Source: Botryllus schlosseri
Taxonomy: Eukaryota
Assembly: GCA_051294905.1 (NCBI GenBank)
Contig: CM119379.1
Coordinates: 15,686,001-15,750,000 of the forward strand
Length of the DNA stretch: 64,000 bases
Direction of reading: 5' to 3'
In this document: one piece after another, positions 49,901-62,876 of the stretch
Layout of the letters: every line of letters starts with the position of its first letter
Numbering within the stretch: position 1 is the stretch's first letter
Notes under the pieces: generated by a model
Databases searched by the model: none
Told to the model about the DNA's origin: nothing
The model's input: only the letters and a program-made list of their open reading frames with translations
Position numbers and translations under genes: made by a program

Positions 49901-52900
49901 TTCCAAGTCACTGTCTGGTATTAATGATTTTCACCAATGCTAATTGCAGATTAATGAGTACAGATTATGGGCTTACCAATAGGGTGCTATCGCTATAACT
50001 TCCCAAAGGTGCAACCGAATAAACGAAGTAGTACACCATCCTTGGAATGGCTTCAGACGTGATAGCTATCGTAAATGCCTGGAAGACATGAATAATGACA
50101 GAGATTAATATTCCTGACCGGTGAATGGACAATGTACAAAGCATGCTTACATTAGTGACTACCGAGGCGCCAGCTAGAAATTCCAGTAAGTCGTACCACA
50201 CCCCGATACCTGCACACTTCTGAGACAGCGGTCTCCTGCATTAGAGAGAAAATGATGAGCGTCAGATATCATAGCAGCATGTTCCATTTTAACATTGCGG
50301 TTTTGGGGCAGTCTTAAAGTGATTTAGTCACTGCAGAAGGTAGTTCAGCGCTTTGTGAAATAACATGTTCCTATTAGCAACTGGGTCTGTGAAGCACAAT
50401 TGAGCGTAAATCGAGTAATGTACATCTCACCTAAGCTCGCAAATGAATTTGTTCGCGTCCAGTCTGATCTCGATGATGTTGTTCAGAAGTGCGAAAAAGG
50501 GGGCGAGGGGAAAGGCGCACACAAAAAGTGTAATAAATCCAAATTGGATCACTGTAAACATACGGAATAAGTTGAAATATCCATAAGCAAGTTTCTATCT
50601 CTTGGACTGATTAAGCTTAGGCACTTATTCTGAATTTTCACAAATTCCACCCTACCCATTTCGAGGTATTCGTAAAACAGTCCCAGCTCATCAAACTGGC
50701 CGAGATCGTAATCTTGCTCCCATCTCGTGTACTCATTGTCAGGCTTTTCGTGCGACTGCTTGTTGGATTTGTATTGTCTGCAAATAAAATGATGTAATTA
50801 CAAACGCTCATACAAAGACACACAAGCTGATTTTATTCCATTCAGGAATGCGATAACTTTTGATTTTCGTCAATTCATTACAAGTGTTAGGATTGAGATG
50901 AAATTGGAAACATGAGCCTGGGTACTAGGGTTGTAACCAAGTCACCAGGCTACGAGTCTAAAGTCGAACTCACTTTTATAGTTTTGATTCGAGTCAAGTC
51001 AAGTCATTTTCAATTCACCACCGAGTCAAGTCCGAGTCCAACTCAACGAGCAGAGGATCGAGTCAGAGTCATGGTATTATGACTCGAGTCCAAGTCATTG
51101 CGTTGACTGCTCAGTTCCCAGTTAAAGTCTTGTTTAACCCACTTTTTATAACTCTGTTAGCCTGTTCGGTGATATCGAACGGTTCACGTTAGTAATATTA
51201 ATTTTTCTCACTTTAAACAGTTTCTGGTCGCATTTTCAAGTACTACTACCAATATAGGAAATACCAATAGCTTGGTTACTTCACTATTCTTCAAAATTAC
51301 AATGAAATGTCGGTCTTGGCCGCCTGAATCTCGATACATACAACTTGGTCCGAGTCATGTGCAATGACTCAAGTCCAAGTCGAGTCATTACACAGATTGA
51401 CTCGAATCATCAGAAAATCGCGACTCGAGTCATTACAACCCTGACCTGTACCAATATAGGGAGTTCTGCAAATTCCATATCAACATATAATGCACCACCT
51501 TCTTCCATTACAGAATCATTTTTCACTAAATTTGACTCACAAAGTACCAGTATTACAAAATACCTATTTTTATACTAACTATGATTTTGTGCATGGAGAA
51601 CGCATATTTCAATGTCCTAAAAGTCAATATACCTGTATTTATTAAGAATCCATGGCAAAATAATCTCATACGTATTGTTCCAAAGCTGCTTTCCCAGCAT
51701 TATAATCATGAGTTGAAGCGAAAGTTCGTACATGCACCCACCAGGATCGCACTAGAAAATGCAACAGAAATATCAACTCTGCTTTTACCAGCACATTTTA
51801 GCTTCTCTTACTTGCTCCCATCTCCACTCGCCGAGGTAGGTGTAGTTTCCGGGCCTTCCGGCAATAGTTGTTTTGAAAAAGGCGACGTAGAATAGGTAGG
51901 AATAGTAGTTGACAAATTGGAAGCAGAACATTTTAAAGGTAAAACTGTCGTCGAATTCCTGTTGCGTTCTTGGCAGCTCTTAACACAAATAAAATAATTT
52001 TGACTTGTTATTGTCTGCCGAGTGGGCCTACTAACTTTTGAATTAACCATATTACTGACGTTTGCAACTGATGGTTGGCCGGTCGAAAAGGCTTTAGTGA
52101 CCAGCTTAACAATATAGAGTTATAACTTGTTACAATGCAGAAGTAGACGATGCAAAGAGATGCTTAAAGCACAAATAACATAATAATATGTAAGGAAAAT
52201 TTGGAACATCAAAGCCTTCAGAGAGGCAGAGACTTTATTTTAAACCAGGACTGATAGATGATATTATGTGAGCATAATTGAACCCGGAGAGTATAGATTC
52301 GATGAAACCACTGAAGTAGTGGAAGTGTTTGATGCTTAAAACCATGTATATCTCTTAATTTGATAACCCAACCCTGTATGCATGATTATCATGTATTTGT
52401 ACATGCATTGCCAAAGTAGATGTATTGGGATATTCAGACAGGGCACAGAATAAAGAGACAACCATGAAATCTATGACACAATAACAGTTCCTCACACCAT
52501 TTTCACAAACATCTAAATTTCTGAAAACCAAAACATTTCAGCACGTAACTTACCCTTATGGGTCAGCCAAATCGCCACATACTGGTACAACTGAAATCGA
52601 CAAGCACAAAGTAAGGTGTATGTTCATTGTTCAATCACGCGGATAGTCTTCAAAATTACCTTATTCAGAATCATGATGACGACCAGAGAAAGACACGATG
52701 CTGTAATGGTGGTGAGCATTTGAGGCGTAGCAAACTGTCCAATGATACCCACATCTTGTAAAGCGGTCAAGTCTACAGATACAGCGAAGACTGCCTTAAT
52801 CGCCAAACGATAGACAATAACCGCAAACACGGCCGCAAAGATGAGTATTATCTGTCGAGATAAAAGTTTGCGTGCACATGTTAAGAGCTTCTTGGAGGTA

Positions 52901-55900
52901 CAGAACTTCAATATACTATTCAATTGTACACATGTAGGAAAACTCTTGCTTGCCTCAGCTCAAAGGCATCAAAAACATTCAAACGAATAGATATATTTTG
53001 GTAATAACATTGTTTTCGCTACTACAGAAAAGAAACATCTGTTACCCAAAACAAGACTGTTGTTAAGGAAAATGTGATTCTCCAATATTTCTGTTTCATT
53101 CCAATGTACGGCTCCTTTTGTAACGTCACGGGATTAACTCTTTCTTTTTTAACCTCCGCTTCATACTCTGGCCGAACTACATCCGCCTCTTCATCGTAAT
53201 TTACCAGGTCCCAGTCGTAAGAGAGCTTAAACTGCTTTCTCTTCCAAAATTCCAAGAACAACGTCGCTAAATTGAATTCGGTGAATTTATTACCAGCCTA
53301 CTCTATACGAAAAGATAAGGAGTTTCACATACCCCACATCGACATAAACACGGCAAAAATTATCGTCGAAGTGTTATCGAAGAGATGTGTGATCTGTAAA
53401 GAAATATTCTCTTCAGAGCATCTTTGCAAAAAGATTGAATACATCGCTGTAGTGTACCAGAGACGACAGAAGCAATGTTATTGTAGGGTTACCACATTTT
53501 GAAATCAGGAAAGGATGACACTTTCACCAAATCATAAAAGTTAGTTGACCGAAATTGAAAACAACTCATTTTGTATTATCTACTGGAAATCTTGTTTTGA
53601 CTAAAAAAAGGTCATCGCTTTGACTCAACTTCCGATTTACCCACTTTTTACGTTAATTTTGCGGTGTTGACTGAAAAAAAGGTCAATACTTTTATTTGAC
53701 TCCCGAATGACCTCCTCGAACGTTCGTATTACCTATTTCACGTCATTTATACCGATTTTCAATTGACTCTGTCCATTATCCTAGTTGTAAAGACTGTAAA
53801 GGAGGACAAATTGCAAAAAATGAAAACATTTAGCCGTCCTCGCAGGACATTTTCTATTTCCTGAAAAATGAGGACAAATCCTAAAGGACGTATGGTAACC
53901 CTAGCTTATTGGCACCGAAATTTCGCCTGTTTGAGATAATCGACAAGTAACAAAATAGTTCTCAAATGATCCCATTCGGATTAACGATGCCAAACAACAT
54001 CATGTATGATAAATCAGAAAAGATGCTCACCACCGCAGCTGTACACGACGTGTTTAATCTCCAGTAAGTACAGTCTATGTCACACAGTGGGCACATGATC
54101 TCATTACCAGCGTAGGTAGGAGCGTTCTCATCACAGACTTCGTCACTGAACAACAAGACAGTGCAGTAGAATATCTGGATCAAACCGAGGTATACCTCAT
54201 TCTCTTTACCAAATGATATGACAGAAAATAACGAATTGAAGATCATAATACTGTGCATAATAGCTCAATATGCAACCGGACAGAAAATTATAGAATTCAA
54301 TTCAAACATGCAGATTTCAAATATTCATGCTGTTAAACATTCGAATCATTCTATGATTTTTGTTCACCAAGCACAAGTAAACAACACAAGAAGCTGCTAC
54401 TATGACTCAGTGGTATTGTTATGATTATGATACATTCAATTCCGGTTTGTCTTATTGACCGAATGCGAATTGTCCTAGCGAAATGGGATTGAGTCGATTT
54501 TCAAGCAGAAATGCATATTCAATCACTAAATAGTTACTGTATGCCAGAAGACAGGTGCTGGCAGTAAGCTGCAACAGAAATTATCAAAACTTCACATAAA
54601 CTGATGATACTGAAGAATTACCAAAACGTTTTTTGGCATGTAGCAATAAAAGCCAGACATGTTCAATTTGCGTTTACTTACACCGTTATTTCACCATTTA
54701 GTGTTACAATACTGTAGATCATCCAAAGCAAGCCCACACCGGCAGGGTATAGTAGCATGTAAGTGTAAAATCCCAGCCATGCAAAATATACGGCAATTTT
54801 GTCACCATAATATTTTCTGTCACAGAATGTGAAAAGAAACAATTAGATATATTAAAATTGAATAAAAGAAACAGTCATTGTCGTATATGATATATACCAG
54901 TGGTCGGGAACCTTTTTTGTCCGAAGAGCCATATTAGCCCTATTTTTTCCATCTCAATTCCCAAAGAGCCATACATGACGATAAACTGTTACGTCCCAAT
55001 TGAAAATTCGTGACATCATCATAGCACTAATTTGAACTCACTATAATACTTGGGATTCCTCGTATGCGCCATATTTTCTCTGTAAAAACTGATATTTATT
55101 GTTCGAAAATAAAGCTCGAAACGAGAGGTAAGGCACAGACGGGCCAAGCCTCACCATTGATAACACAATTCATCGTATAAGTAGCTTAGAATTTATTATA
55201 ACTGATATTAATCGAATGTGACAGTCTGACTGATTCTGAAAATCTAAATACTTAACGACTTTTCAATTCCCAAAGTATTCGGCGGTTGCGCTACACGCAT
55301 ACATTTTATCGCCGGCACTACACAGAGCTATACTTACCAATCAAGAACGTGGGGATAGCTATGGCGTTGTTTGTAATTCGAGTTTTTAATTGTGAATGTC
55401 ACATCCACAACAGTTCATTTCGCGCCGTAGATCAGCAAGACAATTTGTATTTGAAAACTGCGTTTTGAAATGGGCGCCCCCATGTTTGCTATGCTCTTTG
55501 ATTAATCAGCGCATCGCACAATTCAAGATTTCGAGTCGGGTACATAGAATTCGCGAGAGACATTGGCCGCCGGTATGACAGCTATTTAAATTTGATCATT
55601 TTCAAAAGAGGGGGTCCGAGCCCCTCAGCCTGAAGACAGCGTTGTCTTTTACCTCTCAAATACATGTTTATACTGCCACGATAATAATTATATTGGCCGT
55701 TATGAAAATTTACCAACAAGTCGCTGCAATGTTGATCAATTCAGTACAACAATACATATTCGTCAAAGAGCCATATCTTATACCCAAAAGAGCCATATAT
55801 GGCTCGCGAGCCATAGATTCCCGACCACTGATATATACATACAAGCAGAGAATGAAAATTATAATAATAATTAGACTGAATAACAGACTGCACCATAGGC

Positions 55901-58900
55901 TGTTATATAAGGCCTTCGTTTGATTTCTAGACCACAAATTTACCTTCCTTAATTACTCATGAATAACACACACGATTGTGATGAGATTGTGAAAATCGTT
56001 GTGGTGTACTGCATGGGCAAACTCAAACGGCAATCCTAATACCAGTACGGCGATAAAACACACACTCACAAGATGATATTTGTTACCAAATATTTAAATA
56101 GGGTCACGGTATATCATATGCTTCGTATTATGTTACTAGCTATGGAAAACAAAAGAAATGTATACCGTATGTCTATCACAGCAAGAAGGTTATGAAAATG
56201 AGGTATTAGTAGCCTACCATGCAGCAGACTACAAGTCAAGTTCAATATAACTATACCACAAATATCAGAGGTGCATGCCATTAGTATCAGGTTGTGAAAG
56301 TGCCAAGTCCGCAATGCACCCATGAATACCTAACGGTCCCTCCAACTGCAACAGATATTGCTCCATACAACACAACGATGATACCAACCAAGGATGGTGT
56401 AAAGAGCATCGTTGTATAATACCCCAAAAATGAAAAGTACATCGCAATCTTCTCACCGTAGTACGATCTATGCAACGGAGATGAGATATTACTAGAAAGT
56501 TCTCAATGGTCAACCAAAATAAAATATGTATTCAATGATAATCAGCGGTTTTATTATTTTCATCCACTCAACACACACCCATGTACAGTACATTGTACAA
56601 TGCAATATAGATGGATGTTGAAACGACCTAGTACGGTCTATCAATTTAACATTCAAGAAGTACTGACACAAAAGGAATTTTAATTTCCTCGCAAATAGGT
56701 AATCGAGAGAACATGTGACATTTTGTACTGTGTCGTTTTATTTAAATAAATATTATATCTGTCAATAAACATTGTTATTATTGATAGATCAACAATATGG
56801 TAAAAATATGATAACACATGATAACAGTACTACATCTGACAAGGGATCACATCAGACACATATACCAAATGCTTGGTAAATACACAAACGGCTGACCTAA
56901 TTAGAACCAACATCACACACAGTTATCATAGCATCCATGATTCACCTGATTGCGTCCAAGGGCTGAAACTTGTACCATCTCCCCCACCTTGCCCACTCCC
57001 AATAAAGCAATCTTCTCATATTGCTGTGGACGGGGAGTTTATAATTTTCTGCAGTATGCTTACCCTGGAACATACCAATTAAACAACTGTCAAGTCGCAT
57101 TGACGATCACTGCATCGATGTATTTAGAGGGAATCAAGGAAATTCACTGTTACACCAATCAATCTCACATAACAAAATGTGCTAATAAAAACAACATTTT
57201 GTACTCCAAGAATAATAATGGATCACACAGATTCGCATATAAGCAATCCACAAGTCAAAAAATTATTTTATGGATTGATCCCTTAGTTCACACCTAATAT
57301 ACTGAAGAGCCTGTACGTACAGAGTGTTCATATTCCAACTGACCAGTGCAACTTGATTGACTAGAAACTCCCATGAAGGAAGGATGATACCACATGTGCA
57401 TATTGTGGAAAGTATATTGCACAGGCTTACAACAACTCGTCGCATATAGCTCGAGCATATAAGCCATACTGGATTCGAGAGACGCATTTCACACAACTAC
57501 ATTGAACGTACCGACATAGTTGATACCGAGTAATTTCTGTGAGGTGAGACTTCACCAGGACTGATTCAAGACTGCACAAGTTGAGTAACAGTATAGAAAC
57601 TAACACATTGGTTGGATACTTACTACTTCAGAAACGCTACAAGTTCATGAACATTGCATCGGCCCTGAGATCAAAGATCAAAAGGCTACTGCAGGATATA
57701 AAAGTGAATAGATGTATGTATTCGGCATTCGCCATCAATAAATGAACTATTGAGCTACCAGACACCATCTATCATATGAATCACAAATAATATCCCACCT
57801 CATGTAACGGAAAAGCAGACCCATATGCGCCTTGACTGATCAGTTTTCGGATTCCGAAATCCAGCTTTTCGTCTCCAAATTTAGTCTCGCTCAACACTCT
57901 GTATGCCTGAAAAAATATATGAACATTTGTGATGAAATTAGCTTCATGTTTGCAAGCAAGGTATTTACAATGCGCGATCTCTCCGCATTCGAAAAGAACT
58001 TTTCTTTATCTTTTATATCGAAAAAGGCTTCTTTGTCTCTTGCAAAATCTGCCGTGTGACAGTTTGGTTCGTCCTGGTCATAACAAAAAAGGAAATTATT
58101 AGAAATACTTTGATTTAATAAAATGCAACACCCCTAGGGCTGCGGCATTGCCAAAAAAAATCAGAAACAACTTGCTAAGGAATGACAGTGACTTAACAGT
58201 TTCGTTGTGTCATCAGATTAATAATACTGATATCACTTAATAATAAGTCTGCTACATCGTGACCAGGAGCATCATTTCTTGCCACCAATTATGCACTAAA
58301 CATCATTTACCTCGAAATACATACAACAGTGAGAGTGAAGAGGATAAGAAGTATTTCAAGGAGTGTTTCAAACAGCAGGTAAAAATGCATGCCACTGTGT
58401 GGCACTGATGGTATAATAAGAAAAGATAGACCTACAGTATATAGAAATACAAATGACCTCTAAGTACGGGCTTCGTAATCGACAAGGATCGCAACAACAC
58501 TTGAACGCGTCCCAGCAAGATCTGCAGCACATGTCTTCAGGCTCCACTTCTTCTATCTGGAGTTTGTCGTCATCTTTCAGCGGCATGTTCATACGCATGA
58601 TTTCCGCATATTTCGTGAGACACGGCCAAGGCGCGTGGACTTTTACAAAGCATGTCTTCCCGTCTTGGGAGGCCTTGTTCAAAATGGATTGCGTCTAAGA
58701 GCTTTATCATTATTATGCAGACCAGGTAGGCTATACAGATTTTGTCAAGTAGGTAGTAGCTTGGGGATAGTTTTGCATCCAACAAAAATAAAAGTCCTTG
58801 CTTCAGACTTGCACAAACTACTCATTTAGTTAGTTGACGGTCAACTAACTAACCTTTTTTAGTAGGTCTAGATCTAGCTGTAGTTGCAGATTTTGAAAAT

Positions 58901-61414
58901 TGAGCTGTTTTATTTCTAGCTCTAGTTTCGGATATTGAAAATTGAGTAGTTCTAGTTGCAGATTTGATAAAAAAATAATAGTTGCCGAACAACTAGAAAG
59001 CACGTGTCGTAAATTTGCGTTAATCGAGATACCAGTGTTCTATTGAATAACGTTTGTTTAATGTTCATCCACTACTAACTCAGACTCATCACTACTAAAA
59101 GTGGCGTAGCCAGCGGGTGGATTATTGGGGTCGAAATCTCTCCAATTTAAAACTCAAAACCCCGTCCTTTTGTAATGTCGATTCTATGTCTGATATTTTC
59201 TATAAAATAAAAATTAATGTGTTGCCCAGGAGAATGAAATCCAGTTCAGTACTGTTCTGTTCCTAACATTTAATGACATGGAAACCCTTACGCCACAGAG
59301 GGGCAATTATTTTTCGGAGAATGAGAAGCAGGAAATAAGTTTGCGAGTCAAGTCTAAAGTTTGCACTATATTCTGCAGTGTGTTAATTTTTAAATTCTTG
59401 TTGTGGGTTTTGATAGTGAGTAGTTCTAGTTCAAATTGCGGATTTTGAAAAGTAAGTAGTTCTGGTTTTAGCTCCAGTTGCGAGTTTTGAAAAGTGAGAG
59501 TTTGACAAGTTGGTAGCAATGTTCCCTCTAAGCTGCGCACTTGCGCGATTGCGCAGTGCTGACACGGTCCCTGCGCACAGAAAATCTAAGCTGCGCACAA
59601 AATATTCGAAGTGATGACCCTATTTTTTAGTCGTTACGCACTGTTGTCGAAGAGACCGCACAGCAGGGTTGTAACCAAGTCACAAGGCTCCGAGTCACAA
59701 GTCAATCTCACTTATATACGTTTGACCCTAGTCAAGTCGAGTCATTTTCAATTCACCACGAGTCAAGTCCGAGTCCAAGTCATCGATCAGAGTGTCGAGT
59801 CCGAGTCATGGTATTATGACTCGAGTCCGAGTCCAAGTCGTGTTGACTGCTCAGTTCCCAGTTAAAGTCTTGTTAAACTCACTTTTTATAACTCTGTTTG
59901 GTGATATCGAATCGTTCGCATTTATAATATACTACTTTTCTTCACTTTTAGCAGTTTCTGGTCGCATTTTCAAGTACCAGTACCAATAGACGAAATCCCA
60001 AGAGTGAGGTTACTTTACTATTCTTCGAGATTACAATGAAATGTCGGTCTTGGCCGTCCGAGTCTCGAGTCATAGGGCTTGGTTCGACTCATGCGCAATG
60101 ACTCGAGTCCAAGTCAAGTCAATACACCGATTGACTGTCAGAGTGTAGTCCAGTCATTTTCGTATTTTGAGAAAATGACTCGAGTCAAGTTGAGTCATCA
60201 GAAAATCATGACTCGAGTCGACTCATGACTTGAGTCATTACAACCCTGCCGCACAGTGAGTTGGTGAGTGTGCGCAGGCTCGTGTAAAATTAGGGGGAAC
60301 ATTGGTTGGTAGTTATAGTTATAGTTGCGGGTTTTAAAAACTGAGTAGTTACGGTTCTAGTTGCGCTTTTTGAAAATCCAGTAGTTGGTACAAGTCTGCC
60401 TAGCTTACAGTCACTGAAGTCTGCTTTTCCTTCGAGCAGCATTAGTCAGGTTCTGTGTGATCGAACTCTGATTTGGCTTGCAAAGCACTACTTCTTCTGC
60501 AGCTCTACTTGCATTTTTACTTTCCTCATACCTCATACAAGACTTTGTTTACCTTTAACACAACATAACATGATCTGGAAGAGTTTGAGTAATTGATATA
60601 CCTGTGGTCTAATTTCCAATTCTGATAACATAGGTAGTTAATAAACGGATGTGGTCAGTCTCAAAGTATTTCAAGTATTCGAGTATATATGCCTACTTGT
60701 ACGGTATACGCAAGTGGTTATGATATTTAGAGTTACCATATTTTGAGATCCCGAAAACAGGACACTTTCCACAGGTCACAAAAGACATAAGAGCAGACAA
60801 GAGAACCGCTAATTAAAAAAAAAATACGGGAATATTATTGGGTCTGTGTAGGCTACAATTGACTGGCTTTCAGAGCTACATAGGATTACGAACTGCCAAA
60901 AAGGATGACATTTGGCCATCCTCGGAGTACATTTTCGATTTCCTGAAAAAGGAGCACAAATCCTCCTGAATGAAGACATATGGTAACCCCAAATATTGTA
61001 GACTACTTTTACCTAACACTTTCAGATTTTTAATCAAAACTAGGCCTAGAATACTATTTTACTCACTTGGAAATTGCTAATTCTATTTGTAGTCTACTTG
61101 AGTAGAAATTTACCAAGTTATTTCTTCTTCTTCCTGAGCATCAACCATGACTACTTTGACCACCTCTGTTAATAAATTATCAGGCTATCGGACACCATAA
61201 GTTGGCCTAAACATCGAACACTACTGCGCTACTGGAATATGATATTATTTACTTCTTTGGGCTCGTGCTCCAATTCCAATCCAGCACCTTCCAAACCACT
61301 TTCGAATACTCGTCGCTTGTTCGATTCTTCCTCCTCCGAATCATCGGGGATGTAGGAGAGAATGAAATCGATCCGCCGTCTCCCGTCGTTAAACGTCAAC
61401 TTAGCCTTCGGTTT
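40907..61414 (-). CDS. ANO: Anoctamin / TMEM16 family Ca2+-activated channel or scramblase (5' end incomplete)
   Basis: Minus-strand exons 61253-61414, 58458-58673, 57969-58073, 57799-57906, 56946-57064, [56330-56467 or 54682-54816], 54031-54145, 53333-53393, 53046-53266, 52660-52851, 52554-52590, 51812-51978, 51633-51751, 50656-50777, 50431-50551, 50151-50235, 49977-50078, 48623-48732, 45599-45704, 45385-45535 and probable terminal exon 40907-41025, all phase-consistent. Hallmark motifs: [70 protein letters not shown] possible upstream coding exon lies at 61716-61790. The specific ANO ortholog is not assignable by eye. Confidence 0.95.
41126..42008 (+). mobile_element. Non-autonomous hAT with GTCAAAA repeats and a transposase dimerization-domain remnant
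   Basis: TIR TAGGGCGG/CCGCCCTA; perfect TSD cttattat; [17 protein letters not shown]… remnant at about 41545-41680. Inverted sister at 48912-49701. Confidence 0.88.
42143..43241 (-). mobile_element. Buster/Charlie-type hAT deletion derivative with C-terminal transposase fragment
   Basis: TIR CAGTGGTTCCCAACC; perfect TSD cattaggc (central TA, typical of Buster elements). Minus-strand ORF text [24 protein letters not shown]…DFRCAL…PRIDQLV. Confidence 0.9.
43718..45186. mobile_element. hAT MITE with nested hAT element 44073-45011
   Basis: Outer TIR CAGGGGCGGGCAAC/GTTGCCCACCCCTG with perfect TSD tcctatga. Inner TIR CAGTGTTGGGAT/ATCCCAACATTG with TSD gttcgtgg/gttcatgg. Confidence 0.85.
48821..49870. 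mobile_element. hAT MITE (TAGGGCTGAG TIR) with nested element 48912-49701
   Basis: TIR TAGGGCTGAG/CTCAGCCCTA, degenerate TSD. The inner copy encodes [23 protein letters not shown] on the minus strand. Confidence 0.75.
50926..51443 (+). mobile_element. hAT MITE, GACTCGAGTC-repeat family
   Basis: TAGGGTTGTAACC…TTACAACCCTG; colinear with the other copies; TSD not clear. Confidence 0.8.
53484..53903. mobile_element. MITE with TAGGGTTACCA TIR
   Basis: TIR TAGGGTTACCA/TGGTAACCCTA; internal GACTAAAAAAAGGTCA units shared with about 5640-5990; relatives near 28294 and 60730-60990. Confidence 0.7.
54682..54816 (-). CDS. ANO: Anoctamin TM1 exon, variant B
   Basis: 135 nt, phase 2-2, CAG acceptor and GTAAGT donor; encodes [44 protein letters not shown]. 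Confidence 0.88.
54898..55830. mobile_element. hAT MITE between the two anoctamin TM1 exons
   Basis: TIR CAGTGGTCGGGAA/TTCCCGACCACTG; perfect TSD atatatac. Confidence 0.88.
56330..56467 (-). CDS. ANO: Anoctamin TM1 exon, variant A
   Basis: 138 nt, phase 2-2, TAG acceptor and GT donor; encodes [45 protein letters not shown]. Confidence 0.85.
58804..60398. mobile_element. Three-level nest of hAT MITEs (58804-60398 > 59517-60304 > 59664-60248)
   Basis: TSDs ccttgctt/cctagctt, gttggtag x2 and ccgcacag x2; each level has its own TIR. Confidence 0.9.
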
Positions 61415-62876
61415 CTGGAAGAAAATTAGCGGTAACGTTTTACCATTTCCGTTGTAGTATCGTTACGGTCATTCGGCAATACTAAATAGGAACGTTATAA
61501 ACATCTCGTTTCCGCGTAGTAAAATCGAATTCGATTCGCCTTATTACTGATTAGAGGTAGTCGTAAAGCTTTTAGTGAATAAAAAAACAAGATGAAGTTA
61601 TTGTTTCTTGAAATTCTGAAGTTCTGTACCCTGAATCGCTTGTTCAAACATTGCAGTTAGCAAAAACAACGCCGTTATGCTGCAAGGCCTAAAACAGACA
61701 TTTTTGTAGTCCCACCGCATTTGTGCTTTCAGTTCTCGCTGTCGGGAACTCGTCATCGATAGACCCAACAATACGGCAACGACGATTCATCGTTTGACTT
61801 GCAGACTGTTCAATTGCCGATAACGTGCATCGAACAGGTGCAGTGCAGTGCTGACTGCTGGCCAAACATACCCCAGCGAATGCACCCGCCATCCAAGGTA
61901 ACAGTGGTCGATTGTTACAGCATAACAAAGGGACTATTCCCGAGTTATGAAATCACAGGTGTTAGAAGCCGCTGCGAACATTGCTCGCAGGAACTGTATT
62001 TTGTATAATAATGTATATTTCATTTAGATTATACGTTATTGACTGTTTTGTATTAGCAGACTGAGGTGCGATTGATCGGATTATACATAGTGCGTCCTGA
62101 GCTGATGAAAACAATAGAACAGCTGATTATTTGTTATTTTGTGGTTGTTCGGTCATCAATTCATCGACGAAGCATTCAAGGTTGCGATAGATTGGCATAA
62201 ATCAGACCTGGGCAAAGTGCGGCTCGCGGGACTATTTTGTGCGGGCCGCGAGAGGATGCTTGGAATTCAAAACATAAAATATGCTTTTTGAATGTTGATG
62301 CGTGGAATATAACCATAGGCTGTATCAAGTGGACAGGAAATTCGATTACCTTGAACCCTGTTAATTTATTCGCCACGATTAGGCCTACGCGGCCTACATC
62401 CTCGCATGCGTATTCCAGATTCGAAATAGAGTCAATGTAGCAAAGTATGAGTAGCAATTAATGTCACAAGAAATCACTCTTTCCATATAGTTTGGTTCAA
62501 ACCTTTTGTTGCCATTGTCACATTACGCATTATACGGGTCAGTATTTCAAATTGTAACGTGATACGTTTGCAAATCCCGAATTCGTAAAACAACTCATTC
62601 AGTGTTGACAATGACTATATAACTCATCATATCTATCACCCATAAAGGTTGAACGTGCATGTCAAAAAGGAAGCTGAAACTCAAACAGCGTGTCACCGAA
62701 ATGTTGGATTTTAAATAAAGTAGGTCTTATGACAGACACTCGGTCAAGGGAAGGCGAATTTCAGAAAAACTGCAAGCTTCGCTCATCATCATGGTTATTC
62801 AAGCTGCACACTGCTCGAAAGGCAGCGACCAAGACAATGTGCTTTGTATGCCTACTATCCCAAATATATTCCAGTG

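Noticed and set aside
57294-57360. Segment ending …VQALQYIR|gt, faintly like the QPLDAIR exon
   Set aside because: Similarity is limited to Q.L..IR and I found no phase-compatible upstream partner; probably chance.
57624-57664. 41-nt segment with strong splice sites ([13 protein letters not shown]) after the PLHE exon
   Set aside because: The adjacent exons already join in phase, and inclusion creates stops. It could be a poison exon, but there is no support.
12722-60248. Regularly spaced GACTCGAGTC/TCAAGTC repeats resembling a CRISPR array or satellite
   Set aside because: They are subterminal motifs inside TIR- and TSD-bounded hAT MITEs; there are no unique spacers and no cas genes, and the context is eukaryotic.
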